From contig JBLDXI010000013.1 in NCBI GenBank assembly GCA_047495785.1, positions 1,798,001 through 1,862,000 of the forward strand: a stretch of DNA of 64,000 nucleotides, given 5' to 3'. Source of the DNA: Lepidodermella squamata. Taxonomy: Eukaryota > Animalia > Gastrotricha. The first letter of the stretch is position 1; every line of letters starts with the position of its first letter. The position numbers and the translations under genes were made by a program. Positions 1-13,900 of the stretch are shown here, one piece after another. The notes below the pieces were generated by a model. That model worked only from the letters and a program-made list of their open reading frames with translations. It was not told where the DNA came from and did not search any database.

Positions 1-1959
1 AGCCTGCCATTAAAGATTCAGCTGAAAAATTGAAGGGAAATAAAGCGGAGCCGAAAGTTGAGGAGAAGAGCCAGCCAAAACAGCCACCTCTCGAATCGTC
101 GAAGGAACCTGAGGGAAAGGTTCCTGAAAAACTTAAAAAATCAACAGAGAAACAAGCCCCGGTAGCCCCGGAAAAACCGCAAGAAACACCAGATATTCCT
201 CCTAAGACCTCGAAACCATCTCCGCTTGAGTTAAGTCTAGCTAAAGGGAAGCTTAAAGTCGCACCACCACCAGACATAAAGAATTTCCCATCTGCCGATC
301 AGGATGTTGAGACTTCCACCGAGGTTACTTTGTCGACTTACAGCGAAGAAACAGCGTCAACCGAAGCTACCATTACATTGACTGAAACAGAGCAAAAGCC
401 GATCGAGAAAAACGAGCCCAAATCAGTTGAAAAGAAGGCTGATCTCCATTCTCAGAAGGATAAAGCGCCATCTGTTGTAGAAGAGCTTGCAACTGTGAGG
501 ATAGACGAAAAGCATGAGGCTGAAAACGTTGAGAAACCGAAAGAATCTAAGAGAGAAGAGACCAAAGCTAAATCTTCTGTTGAAGCAGTAAAAACCTCGG
601 AATCCAAGGTAGAAGTAGCTGCTGAAAAGAAACCAGTGGAAGAAGTTAAACGGGTTCAGCCACAGCCAATACCCGAGGAACACAAGCCCACTAACTTAGT
701 TGAGGCCAAGCCCGACAATAAGAAGACACCTTCCCCGGAAAAGAAGCCTTCAGTTGATCCTAAATCGTCTGGTATCGAATCTAAAAAGGAGAAACCAGCA
801 TCAACGAAATCAGCACAGCCACCAGCTGAGACTACTACTGCATCAGCTGAGTTGACAATGGACTTGCCCAGTTCACCTGAGCTCGTCGAAACCTCAACAA
901 CTTTGAAACTTGAAGAAAAATCCTCTCCAAAACAAAAACAAGCTGCAGAGCCAACAAATGTTACAACTAAGCTGCAACCTAAACCGGCAGAAACCGCGCC
1001 ATCGACCGAGAAGAAGAAGGACGCGAAAGAAGTCGAACAGAAAAAGCCGGAGGTTGCGCAGAAAAAAGATCAGCCAAAAACGAAAGAGGCATCGCCGAAA
1101 GAGGAAGTCAAGACTGAAGATTTGGCGAAGAAAACCTTACCAGAGGAACCGAAGAAATCGCCAGATCAGAAGCCCAAGCTAGATGAAGCCAAGCCGGCCC
1201 AAGTATCAAAGCCTGCCTCGACAAAAGATGGAGATAAATCGGTAGATAAGCCGAGCGGTTCAGTTCTACAACAGAAAGTTGAGCCGGTTGAGGAAACAAA
1301 GAAGACTGAAGTGCCCAAAGCTGAATCTATCACTCCTGTAGACAAAACATCGAAGAAAAAAGATGAAGAAGCCAAGCCCTCAGATGCCACAAAGAAGGAT
1401 ACGAAAGTGAAACCTCAGGAAACAGATTTAAAACCGAAGATTGAACCGCAACGGAAACCCTCGATCAAAGACGATGAGAAAAAAGCTGTTGCACCCGAGC
1501 AACCAGCTAGCAAAACCTCTGCTGAATCAAAGGAACAAGAAACAGCGAAAAAGCCTGAAAGCAAAGTCGAGGATGCACCAAAACAACCCGTTGCCAAACC
1601 TAAAAAGGAGGACGAGGCAAAGATCTCGAAACCTGAAGAGTCTACAAAAGAACCAGAATCTAAGCCTAAATTAAAGCCGGGACTGAAAGAGCCGGCGAAA
1701 CCTAAGGAGGATTTGGCTAAGCAAATTGGAAAAGGTCAGCTTAAAGGCGCTGATAGCCGTAAATCATCGATTGCGGAAAGTGTTGAGTCTGTTGCATCGG
1801 AGAAATTGAAAGCTGGATCCCTGTCCGATTCTCAGTCGTCCCTTTCGAAGACTAGTACTACCGTTGAGAGTTCCAAGATAGAGGAGGGAGGCAGTCGACA
1901 GCGCGTTTCGTCTGACGATACTCTCTCCCAAGCCGGATCTGAATCTGCCTCTGGTGAAG
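1..1959 (+). other. PEVK-like low-complexity (P/E/K/S/T-rich) elastic segment exon of the titin-like gene
   Basis: The frame is open from base 3 for ~650 aa dominated by K, E, P, S, T, A and V, with no Ig/Fn3 motifs. Donor GAAG|gtaaaa at 1960 (phase 1) joins acceptor tttacag|AC at 2297. Confidence 0.85.
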
Positions 1960-4900
1960 GTAAAACTGCGAAATGGGTGCAATCTGTTTAGAAGATTAGC
2001 CGCTTCGCTTTTCTCACACGCAGCTTTAATGATGTTTAACAAACGCTTATTCTAGAAATTAAAGGCTGCTTTTACTCTCATGCTTATATCAGGCGTATTC
2101 TATACTCACATAAACGCATCGAAACGCTTTTTTGCTAATTTGGCTGAACTTCCTTTATTATTTTACAAAGACGAAAGGTGTATTCAATTTTTGCTTTTTA
2201 GTCTTGGTGTTTAGTTGTAATTTCGTTGCAGCATGTTGTTTTCTATTTTTGCCCTGTGATTAGGATAGAATCTTATTGTTCTTCAATGTTTTTACAGACA
2301 AAAAATCACGCCCAGTCATCACTCGCCAACTTTCGCCTGTCGAAATTTACGAGGGCGAAGCTGCGGAATTCACGCTTGAGTTCACCGGATATCCTTTTCC
2401 CGAACCAACATGGTCTGATATTATTTACCATATTTACCTGCAATTACAAGAGTTTAAACTATTTTACAGGCTCAAAGGAGGCGATGTGCTGGATCAGTCA
2501 ACTGAAGGCTATAAGTTTGAATCGAGCAATACTTCAGCGACAATGGTCGTCCCGAAATCTGAGCTGAACCATGGGGCAATTTACACTTGCCGCTTGAACA
2601 GTTCAGCCGGAACTGCTTCGACCAGCGCCCGCCTCAAAGTCACACCGACCAAGGTGCCTGAAATCATCATGAAACACGCTGATGCTAAGGCCCCTGTTCA
2701 CGGTATCGCAACATTCGAGGCGAAGGTTATTGGAACGCCGACGCCTGATATTGCCTGGCGTTTGAATGGCAAAGAGCTTCAGGAAATTCCTGAAGAAATC
2801 GTAATGACATCGGTTCCTAAGGACAACGTTTACCGCCTGAGCCTCATGGGTTGCATGGCCGAGTACACTGGAACTGTCGATATCGTGGCTAAAAACCTGG
2901 CGGGTGAGGCTGAAGCAGCCGCTGCTTTGACTGTCTCGGGCCTGGCGCCTTACTTCATCGAAAAGCCGTTGAAATGCGTCATCCTCGAGGGCGAAACCGC
3001 CATGTTGTTCTGCAAAATTGCTGGCGATCCTATGCCGACCATTCAATGGGAACGCGGCAATAAGGTGCTGAAAACCGCTGGTCCGATGAAACTCTACTAC
3101 GACGAGAAAACTGGCCGTCACAAGCTGAAGATCGAAGGTTTCTCGCGCAAGTACAGCGGTACATACTCGGTTGTTATCAAAAACGAACATGGCACTGAGG
3201 AAGTTTCGGCTACTATCATCGTCACGGAGAAGGTGGAAGAAGCTATGGACTGGAAGGCTCAGCTTAAACACATCGAGTATGTAATTTTTCAACGCTTTAT
3301 CCGGACGCTTATTTAGATATAGATAGATTTTACAACTGTCTGGTTTGTAATTTCATTATTTCAGGCTAAAGCGGTAAGCATTGCCTCTCACTTTGATAGA
3401 TTGGCGTTGAGAACAGCAGTTCTAAACTGCTGGGATCCGCCTCACACCCGACCCATGTTCGCAAAAAAATATTGCTTCGAACAAAACTTTTAATAATTAT
3501 TGTTATTGTTTAATTACTTTATTCAATGCTAATATATGCTTATATCAACTTTCTACAGTGTCGAAGAGCTGACTGCCGAAGAAATCGAAGGTATCGATAC
3601 TAGTCTGAAGGCGACCAAGGTCAGTCGCCCCGAGGACCAAGCAACGAAGATGAAGCGACAACTCCGCAAGGTCGAAGTCGCTGAAGAAATGGCGGTTGAG
3701 GAGGAGGAATCTGAAGAACCGATTCGAATTCTGAAACCTCTGAAGCCGGTCACAGTCGATGAAGAGGAAGCGGTTGTGCTGCAGTGTGAAATCAACCGTG
3801 AACGTGCCGAAGTTACGTGGTTACGCGACGGGGTCGTCCTAGCGGAAGAGGCTGGTCGCGTTGCTATGGAAACGGCTGGCATTGTTTACACGTTGAAGGT
3901 ACACCGCGCGCAAGTCGCCGACACTGGCAAGTACGAAATTCAACTTCGCGACAAAAAATCCGAGGCTCAGGTGACTGTCAACGAGAAACCAGTCAAATTC
4001 GTGAAGGAGCTGCGGCCGCAGAAGGTCACTGAAGAAGACGCTGTTGAATTTTTGTGTGAACTCAACAAATCAACGGCCAAGGTCGCCTGGACTAAGGATG
4101 GCAAAGAAATCGCGCCTACCGAAGGAATCACATTCACGAGCGAAGGTGCAGTTCACAAGTTGAGCATCCCCAAGTCCAAAGTTGAGGACGCTGCTTTGTA
4201 TGCTGCGACTGTTGGCAACAAGGCTTCTAAGGCTAAGCTGGATGTCACGCCTCGTCCTATTCAATTCATCCGACCTCTCGAGCCGCAAAAGGTCAACGAA
4301 GATGAGTCGGTGGAATTCATTTGCGAGATCAATAAGGACGTTCCTAGCGTGACGTGGCAGCGTGATGGCAAGCCCCTTGCCGCCTCTGAACGCATTCAGT
4401 TCATCAGCGAGGGCCGAACTCACCGCCTCGTCATCCCGAAAACCGACGGGAAAGACACGGCTACTTACGGCATCGTAGTCGGTGATAAGTCTTCCAAGGC
4501 AAAACTGGATGTAGTAACGATTCCTCTGTCGATCGTTCGACCTCTCGAGGCGAAGAAGTGCGTCGAGGAAGATATGATCGAGTTTGAATGCGAGGCCAAT
4601 AAAGACGTGGCTAAGGTCTCTTGGATGCGAGATGGCAAGGCTCTTGCTGCTAGTGAACGATTTCAATTCACGAGCGAAGGCCGTGTCCATAAACTGCGCA
4701 TCCCTGCGACTGAGGTTAAAGATACCGCCATCTACACGATCGCCCTGGGTGACGGCCGTGTGACTTCGAAAGCGAAACTCGAAGTTACGGAACGACCGGT
4801 TCAAGTCGTTAAGCCGTTGGAATCTAAGACAGTGTTGACTGAGGCTGTTGTTGAGTTTGTCTGCGAACTCAGCAAGGAGAACTTGGAGGTCCAATGGTTC

Positions 4901-7900
4901 AAAAACGGCAAGAGAATTGCCGCTGCTGAGGGTTTCAAGTTCGAAAAGGAGGGCCGTTGCTACAAGATGACAATCCCAGCCGCGAAAGTTGAACACGCTG
5001 CTCAATACGAAGTACGCGTGAAAGACGTCAAATCAGCGGCGGACCTTGTCGTTGAAAAGCCCCCGCCAGAACCGCCAAAGCCAATTGCGCCCAAGGTGAT
5101 CAAGCCGCCCCAGGCCAAGACCGTTCTCGAGGGTAAAGAGGCGAAATTCGAGGCGACTGTGCAACTCGGCCATCCCGAGGCCTCTGTCACGTGGTATCTT
5201 CACGAAAATCAAGCTGTTGACACTACTGCGTCGGCGCGTTTGAAGACGGACTCGAAGAAACAGCGCGATAACACTTACATCGTCACGCTGACTTTGACCA
5301 CCGTCGAAATCGCAGATGCGGGTCTAGTTGTCATCGAACTCGCGAACGAGAGCGGCAAAGACACCGCCTCGGCCGAGCTGATCATCGAGGAGAAGAAGGA
5401 ACGCCCGACCTGCACGAAACAGCTAACAGCGCTGGAAATATTCCAGGGCGAAGAATGCAAATTTACGGCTTCGTTCACCGGAAAGCCCATGCCTACTATT
5501 GCGTGGTCGAAGGATAACGTAGAAATTCAGCAAGAAGATACTCGCTATACTATTGAAACAGCCGAGGCTGATTTTTCGCTGATTTTCAACGAAACCACTC
5601 CAGATATGTCCGGGGCTTACGTTGCCAAGGCGACAAACGCAGCGGGTGAGGCGAAAACCAGCGCTAGGCTCAAGATCAACCCGACTAAAGCGCCGGAGTT
5701 CGTTAAGCCACTTGCCGATGTCAAAATCGCCGAGAATGCTACAGCTACGTTCACTGCTAAGGTGTCTGGCACCCCTGCGCCTACTGTTGAGTGGAAATTG
5801 AAGGACGAGAAGTTGGAGGAGTCGGCTAATGTCAAGATGACGTTCAGCAAGGCCGAGACCGCCCATGTTCTGACCCTCGCCAGTTGCTCGAGCTCCATGT
5901 CCGGTCCAGTTGCTTGCAAGGCGACTAACCGGGCTGGAACCGCTGAAGCTACGGCTTCACTTACTGTCTACGGCCGACCACCGAAATTCACCCTTAAACC
6001 GGAAAAATGCGACACTGTTGTCGATAGTACTGCGGTTTGGATTGTTGCCGTTGACGGCGAGCCGCGGCCTGAAGTCACTCTGACAAAGGGTGGCAAGAAG
6101 GTCGATGCCGCTGTTGTTACCTTTGACGAAGCAACCAACCAATACCGGATCGAGTTGCCAAATGTCAAGAAAGCGGACGCTGGTAGCTACGTCCTAGCCG
6201 CTGTTAACCCGTTCGGCAAAGACGGCGCCTCTGCGGTTTTGGCTGTCACCGATAAGCCGGTCGATAAGCCGAAGCCAAAGCCGGAAGAACCAGCTGCTCC
6301 AAAAGAAGCGCCTGAATCTACCCCGCGCGATAAATTGAACCAAGAAATCGCGTCTAAAGCCGCTGAGCGGGATAAGAAACGCGAGCAGGAAGAAGAGGCT
6401 GAGAAGGCGAAACACCAGCGTAAATCACCTGGCCGAAGCGATGGAACACCCGAGCCTGAAGGTCTAGAGGTCGGCCGTCGTGAGTGGAAATTCGTTGAAC
6501 CTCTCACCGATCAAACCGGAACCGAGACTGAATTCGCTAAATTCGTCTGCCGGACCTCGATTGCCAAAGTTCCGGTTCAGTGGTTCCACAACGGCAAGAA
6601 GATCGAACCAAGCGTGAAATACTCTGTCGAAATCGAGAAAGACGTTCATACTATGGCGGTAAATCTGCTCGAGCTGACAGATATCGGCGAGGTGAAGGCT
6701 GTTTTCAAGAAAGCGGAATGCACGGCTAGGTTGACTGTCATCGAGCTGGATCGTTACATCAAAGTTCCACCGAAAGACCTCACATGCATGGTTGGCGAGG
6801 CTGCGTCCTTCTTGGCCGAAGTCACCGTACCTGACATGGTTGTCGAATGGACGTTGAACGATACCGTCATTGAGAAAAGTGACTCGCATTACGAAGTAAA
6901 CAAGCGCGGTATTAAACGCACTTTCGACATTAAGAAAGTCAAGAGGCCTGATTTTGGCAAGGTCGTCGTCCGATACAAAGAGCAAAAATGCCCTGCGCAA
7001 CTCATCGATCGCCTCGCTGGTTTGCAAGTCCTCAAACCGCTGCAAGATGTTCGCACCAAGGAGAGTGTTCCAGCCGAACTGAAGTGCGAATTCTCTATTC
7101 CGGAGGTTCCGGCTGAGTGGTCGAAAGACGGTAGGCCGTTGGATCTTGCTACAAACAAGCGCGTCGAGGCCATCACCGAGGGCACGGTTTACAAACTGAA
7201 GATCAATAGCCCACGTGGGTCCGATGCTGGTTTGTATCAAATCCGATTGGGTGACGTTACTTCGGAGGCCAAGCTCATCATTGGCGATAAGGAGCCAACG
7301 CCCGATCGTAAAACAGTCGATCGCGACGCGGCTCAAAAGGTCGAGCGTAAGCCGACAGAGCTGGGCCAAAAGGCTGAGTCAGCTGTCGCTTCTCGCGAGC
7401 CGTCACCTAAACCGCAAGAGAAGCCGAAGCCGAAAGAAAAAGCCGCAGTCGAAGAGCCCGAAAAAACCAAAGCCGCTCCGAAGACAACTGCGAAACCCGA
7501 AGTTGCCGAGGAAGAGGGTGATGGTTTAGAAATCGGCCGTCGTGAATGGAAATTCCTGGAACCGCTCCAAGATCAACGCGGCAAGGAGACTGAATTCGTC
7601 ATTTTCAAGTGCAAAACGTCGATCCCTCGTGTACCTGTCGACTGGTACCACAACGGTGTCAAGGTCGAGCCAGGACCGAAGTATGCGGTCGAAATCAACA
7701 AGGACGAGCATACTCTTGGCGTTAATTTGCTGGAAATGACTGATATCGGCGATGTTAAGGCGGTTTTCAAGAAGGCCGAGACTCAGGCGAAACTCTTCGT
7801 CGACGAACTCGATCGATTCATCAAAGAGCCGCCGAAGGATGTCACCGGCATGGTTGGCAAGGAGGCTGTTTTCACTGCGAAGGTCTCAGTCCAAGACATG

Positions 7901-10900
7901 GACGTCGAGTGGTCGCTGAATGGAAATGTCATCGAGAAGAGCGATACCTTCTACGGCATCGATAAAAGAGGTGTCACTCGCACTTTCACTGTCAAGAAGA
8001 TCAAACGTGAGGATTTCGGTACTGCTGTTATTCGATACAAGGAGCAGAAGTGTCCGGCTAAATTGCTCGATCTTCTCGCTAATCTCAAGGTTCTAAAGCC
8101 TTTGCAAGATGTGAAGGTGAAAGAGGGCGCCGATGCTACGCTACGTTGCGAGTTCTCGATGCCCGACCTACCAGCTCAGTGGTACAAGGGCACCACTCCC
8201 CTTCAGCCAGCTGAAGGTGATAGAATCAAGCCGGCTGTTAGCGGCAAGGCTTATTCTTTGAAAATCGGCAACTGCGTCGAATCTGACATGTCGCAGTATA
8301 CCATCGAAATCGGCGATGTGAAATCAACCGCCAAGGTTGAGGTCGACGTGCCGACTCGCATCATTCGAGGCCTCGAACCACTCAAGGTTAAAGAAGGTGA
8401 GAAGGCTGTGTTTGAGATCGAGATGAACAAGCCTGGTCTCAAGCCGGTCTGGACAAAGAACGGCAAGCCATTCACCCCGGATGGCAAGAACGTGAAATCA
8501 GTCATTGAGAACAACTGTTATCGACTGGTTTTTGAAAACGCCACCCCTGGTGATGCCGCTACCTATGCTGTTAAATTCGGCGATTTGACGTCCAGTGCCC
8601 CGCTTGAGGTCGAGGAGACGCCCATCGTCTTTGTTCGAACTCTGGGTGATATCACTATGACGAAATACCCGGACAAGATCGTCCTGGAGTGCGAGTTGAA
8701 TAAGCCTAATGTCAAAGTCACCTGGACCAAGAACGGCGCCCCGGTCGAGAAGACCCGCGGCGCTCCTCAGGTAGAGGGCTGCATTCACCGCCTGGTCCTT
8801 GCCAAGGGCGAACCAGTCGACGAGGGCGATTACGAATGCGCGGTCAACAAAGACCTGAAAACGAACGGAAAGTTGCTTTTCCGTGTCCCGCCTACCATCA
8901 CCATCGACAAGTACCTCAACAAGGTCGTCGAGATCAAGGTGACACAGAAGACTGACTTCGATGTCCCATTCATCGGCTACCCTCGGCCCAAGTTCAGCGT
9001 CACCTTCAACGGCGCTGATTTGCCCGATGCGGCTCGTATGAAGCTGGTCGAAGGCACGAAAGAAGCCAAGGTGACTCTAACAATCACCGGCGCTATTCGA
9101 TCAGACTCTGGTACCTACATTCTCCATGCCGAAAACGAATGCGGCAAGGTTACTGGCGAGCTGCAGCTTCTTGTTAAAGACAAGCCAACTCCGCCGCAAA
9201 ATCTTGCGTGTAGCAACGTTACCGCCAAATCTTGCACGTTCAGCTGGGAGGCTCCGGCCGACGATGGCGGTGCTGGAATTGACGAGTACGTTGTCGAGCG
9301 GAAAGAGGCATCGAAGCCGCAATGGACGGCTATTGGTAAATTCACGCCCGAAAAACTGTCGACCGATTGCAGTGATTTGAAGTTGAATTCGCAATACATC
9401 TTCCGCGTCGCTGCTCGCAACAAGATCGGCCAGTCTGATTGGGCGATGATGAAGGAGCCGATAACTGCTAAACACGGCTTTGACGTACCCGGCAAGCCAG
9501 CGCCACCAACCATCTCCGACATCTACAGGAACCGCTGTAAGGTTGATTGGAAACCACCAGAAAGCGACGGCGGTTCTCCGATTACCGGTTTTATTGTTGA
9601 ACGGTGCCAGGTTGGAACTGGTAAATGGGTAGCCGTTACCAAGCAACCCCACCCTGCCAATACTCCGTTAACCCTCAACATCAACGATATGGATGACCAA
9701 AACGAATATCAATATCGAGTTGCGGCGATTAACGAAGCCGGCCAGGGCCCGTTCAGTGAGCCATCTCAGCCGTTCTACGCCCGTGATCCGTGGACAGTAC
9801 CTGGTCCACCGGGTAAGCCGATTATTGGCGATATCTTGGATACGTCCTGCAACGTTTACTGGACCCCGCCGGAATCCGATGGAGGTGCGCCAATTGTCGA
9901 CTACATCGTCGAGTTCCGCCCTCACGGCCCCGCTAGCACTAAATGGCAGGAAATGCCAGTTGGTAAGCCGGAGCTACTCAAGTTCATGGAAGGCCTCAAA
10001 ACCGACGAGGAGTACGAATTCCGAGTTAGGGCCGTCAACCGGGCTGGTAAAGGCGAACCTAGCGAATCGAGCGGTCTTGTCCGAATCAAGAAGCCGAGCT
10101 TAGGAACCGAGCCGATTTTGATCGAAGGTTTGAAAGACCTTACCGTAATTCAAGGCCAAACCGCCCAGTTGCATTGCATCTTCGACATGGGCACACCCAC
10201 ACCTCAGGTCACGTGGTTCAAGGACGGTGATATGACTCAGCAAGACGATAAATTCGTCAGCGAACACAAGTACAAGGTCGCTAACTTTGTCGTCTCTGAC
10301 AGTAAGCTGATCGACCAGGGCCGCTATACCCTGGTTGTTGAGAATATTGTCGGAAAATTCGAAACATCTTGCTTCTTAACCGTACTTGTCCCGCCTGCTG
10401 TCCATATCGACCCGCGTTACGCTAAGCAAAACCTGCGTCGCGGTGATCGCTTGGCGATCAATCTTGAAATCACAGGTGTTCCTAAGCCAGAGGTGACCTG
10501 GTTCTTGAATGACAAGCAAATCAAGGTCGACGATGTTTATGAGGTTACTGTTCAAGAGACCCACTACGCTCTGGTCGCTAAGGACGTGACTCGCGTTAAA
10601 CACGGTGGTTTGTTGAAGGTCGTGGCTGAAAACCAGGCTGGTAAGGCTGAGGGTACTGCCGACGTCAGTATTATGGACTTACCCGGCCCGCCCGTCAACC
10701 TGCACTGCATCGATCGTCAACCTGATGCTATTGAAATGGAGTGGGAACCGCCAGAAAGTGACGGCGGCTCTCCGATCACCCACTACGTTGTGGAGAAGCG
10801 CGACGCTACCCGCAGCGCGTGGATCAAAGTCGGCGAGACGAAGAACCGGAAGTATAAGTTTGATAAATTGATCGAACACAACAGCTATTTCTTCCGCGTC

Positions 10901-13900
10901 CTGGCCGTCAATGAGGTTGGCGAGGGCCCTTACACCGAAACCCCGGAGGCAATCGAGGCCAAGCACAAATTTGACCCGCCAGGCCCGCCTGAAAATCTTC
11001 ACATCACCGAGGTTGCCCATGATCATGTTAACCTGAAGTGGGAACCGCCGAAAGAAGACGGAGGGTCGCCTATCACCGGTTACATTGTCGAGGTGCGGCC
11101 GAAGGGTGCGTCGAAATGGTCCAAGTTGACAAAGCAACCTATCAACCAACTCGAGTACAAAGTCACCGATTTCATCCGTGAGGGTGAAGACTTCGAATTC
11201 CGGGTTACTGCTGTCAACCTGGCTGGCCCTGGCGAGCCATCTGCCACGGCTGGACCAGTTACCATCAAAGATCCGTTCGTCGACATTGAATTCCTGCAAC
11301 CTCTTAGCGATGTCACTGTTGCCGAGGACGAAAACGCTGAATTCGTTTGCCAAATCAACCGCCCGGCCAAGTCGGTTAAATGGTCGATTGCCGGTCGTCC
11401 AGTCGTTGCTGGTGCGAAATTCGTGCCTAGCGTCGATTCCGCGACTTCGACTTACAAACTCCTCATCAAGGAGTGCCAACTGACCGATGCGAGTGACATT
11501 AAGGTGGACTTTGAAGACGGCCTCAAGACGTCCGAAGCCAAACTTATCGTCACTGAGCTGCCAGTTGAGTTCATCCGACCGTTGACTGATATCACGCTCG
11601 ATCACGTTCCGGAAATCGTAACCTTCGAATGCGAGCTGAACAGGCCGTTTAAGGCTGAGTGGCTGCTCGATGGCAAGCCGATCTCTGATTCGCGTTTCAA
11701 GGTCTCGGTCGTTGGTACCGTTCATAAGCTGACAATTGTGGATGCTGGCGAGAAGGACGTTGGTAAAATCACCTGCAAAGTCCGTAATAAGACTACCGAG
11801 GCTAAACTTGCAATTAAAAGTAAGATTTCTTAATTCTAATTGATCAATGTTTTACACATTTTTTTCAATTTTTAGTTCCGCCAAGTCTCAATATCTCAGC
11901 GAAATACAAGGATGTTGTCCGTATCAAGGCCGGTACTGCGACTGTGTTCGAAATTCCGCTCAGCGGTTATCCGAAACCTACCGTCGAATGGAGCTACAAC
12001 AACGGCCGCCTTCCCGATGCTAGCCGCATGAAAATCGATACAATCATCGGCATGACATCACTGGCTATTGGCAAGTCGGTTCGCACCGATAGCGGCACCT
12101 ACACGCTGTCAGCTAAGAACGAACATGGCGAAATTTCGGCTGACATCCAATTGATCGTTATGGACAAGCCCGGCCCGCCCGTCAACCTTAAGATCACCGA
12201 TATCGAGGCCGAAAGTTGTCTGGTCAATTGGGAGCCGCCGAGTGACGACGGTGGCTCGCCTATCACCGGCTATATGGTCGAAAAGCGAGACACTAGTCGC
12301 CGGTCATGGAATCCAGTCGGCGAAACGACGAAGCTGCAAAGCGAGTCGGGTAAACTGGTAGAGGGTGCTCAGTACATCTTCCACGTTGCCGCTGTTAACA
12401 AGTACGGACAGTCGGAGTGGGTCGAATCGGCGCCGATTACAGCCAAACATCCGTTTGAAGTGCCGTCGAAGCCGAACCCGCCTGTTCCTACGGATACTAC
12501 CAAAGATTCGTGCCTGGTTACCTACCAGCCGCCCGAGTCGGACGGTGGCTCGCCTATCACTGGCTATTGGTTGGAGTACCAACTAGAGCCGACCACGCGA
12601 TGGGTCCGCTGCTCTCGAGAAGCAGTGCCACCAGCGAAGTTAGAGCTGATGGTCAAAGATTTGGTTGAGGATAGCGTCTACCGGTTCCGAGTCGCGGCTG
12701 AGAACAAGGCCGGTCTCGGTCCGTTCAGCGACCCATCAAAGCCTGTCACGATCAAAGACCCATGGACGGTGCCTGGTAAACCGGGCAAGCCCGCTGTCTC
12801 CAACGTTAAGGACACAAGCTGCACTTTGACCTGGGAACCACCGAAGAGCGACGGAGGCGCCCCTATTACGCAATACATTGTCGAAATGCGCCGCGCTGAT
12901 GACGTGAAGTGGACCCCGGTCGAGACTCACAGCTCGACGCCCGAGTTTGAAGTCACCGGTTTGCGCACTGGTGCTGAGTACGAATTCCGGGTTCGCGCTG
13001 TCAACCGGGCTGGCCCGGGCGATGCGTCTGATGCTTCGGATCTAACGCGTATCAAGGCGCCGGTTGTTGGCGAGAAGCCGCGTGTTGTCAAGCCGCTGCC
13101 TGAGAAGTCAACCGGAATCCTCGGCAAGTTGGTCACCCTGCAGTGCGAAATCGACCGCGGGCAACCAGTCGCGGAAATCGCGATTTCGAAAGATGGCCGT
13201 GACATCACTATGTCGCGCCGGGTTAAGATCAACCACGTCACCGCTACCCAGGTTGAAATTACGCTGACAGAATGCACGACCTCGGACGCAGGTAGCTATC
13301 GCATCAAGGCAACCAACGCGTTGGGATCTTGCGAAACCGAGGGTGATGTTCAAGTCCTCGAAGAGCCAAAGATCGCTTATGACGCGAAATTCCAGCAACC
13401 ACAAGTTCGTTGCAAGGTTGGTGCGACTTTGTTGATTCCGCTAACCATCACTGGTCTACCCGACCCGACCGCTAATCTGGCTATCGGGGCTAAAAACCAG
13501 GATGGCAAGCTGAAGCAGCCGTCTGCATCTGACAAGAAGCGCTACGAACTTGTTGTAGAGCCGACAAATCGCGCTGATTTCTCCGGCCTGTACACCGTTA
13601 CTGCGGAAAACATTGCCGGAAAAGACGAGGCTGCCTTTAATGTCCAGGTGATTGATAAACCCAGCGTGCCACAAGACTTCAAAGTCACTGATTCTGGCAA
13701 AGACTTCATCACCGTCTCTTGGAAAGAGCCGTTAGATGATGGCGGTCTACCGATCACTGGGTATGAGGTCGAAAAGCGGGACACTGCTCGATCCTCGTTC
13801 ACTACAGCCGGAACAGTGGCTGCTGATGTTCGTGAGTTGAAGGTCAACCGTCTGCTTGAGGGTAATCAGTACATCCTTCACGTTCGGGCAATTAACGAGA

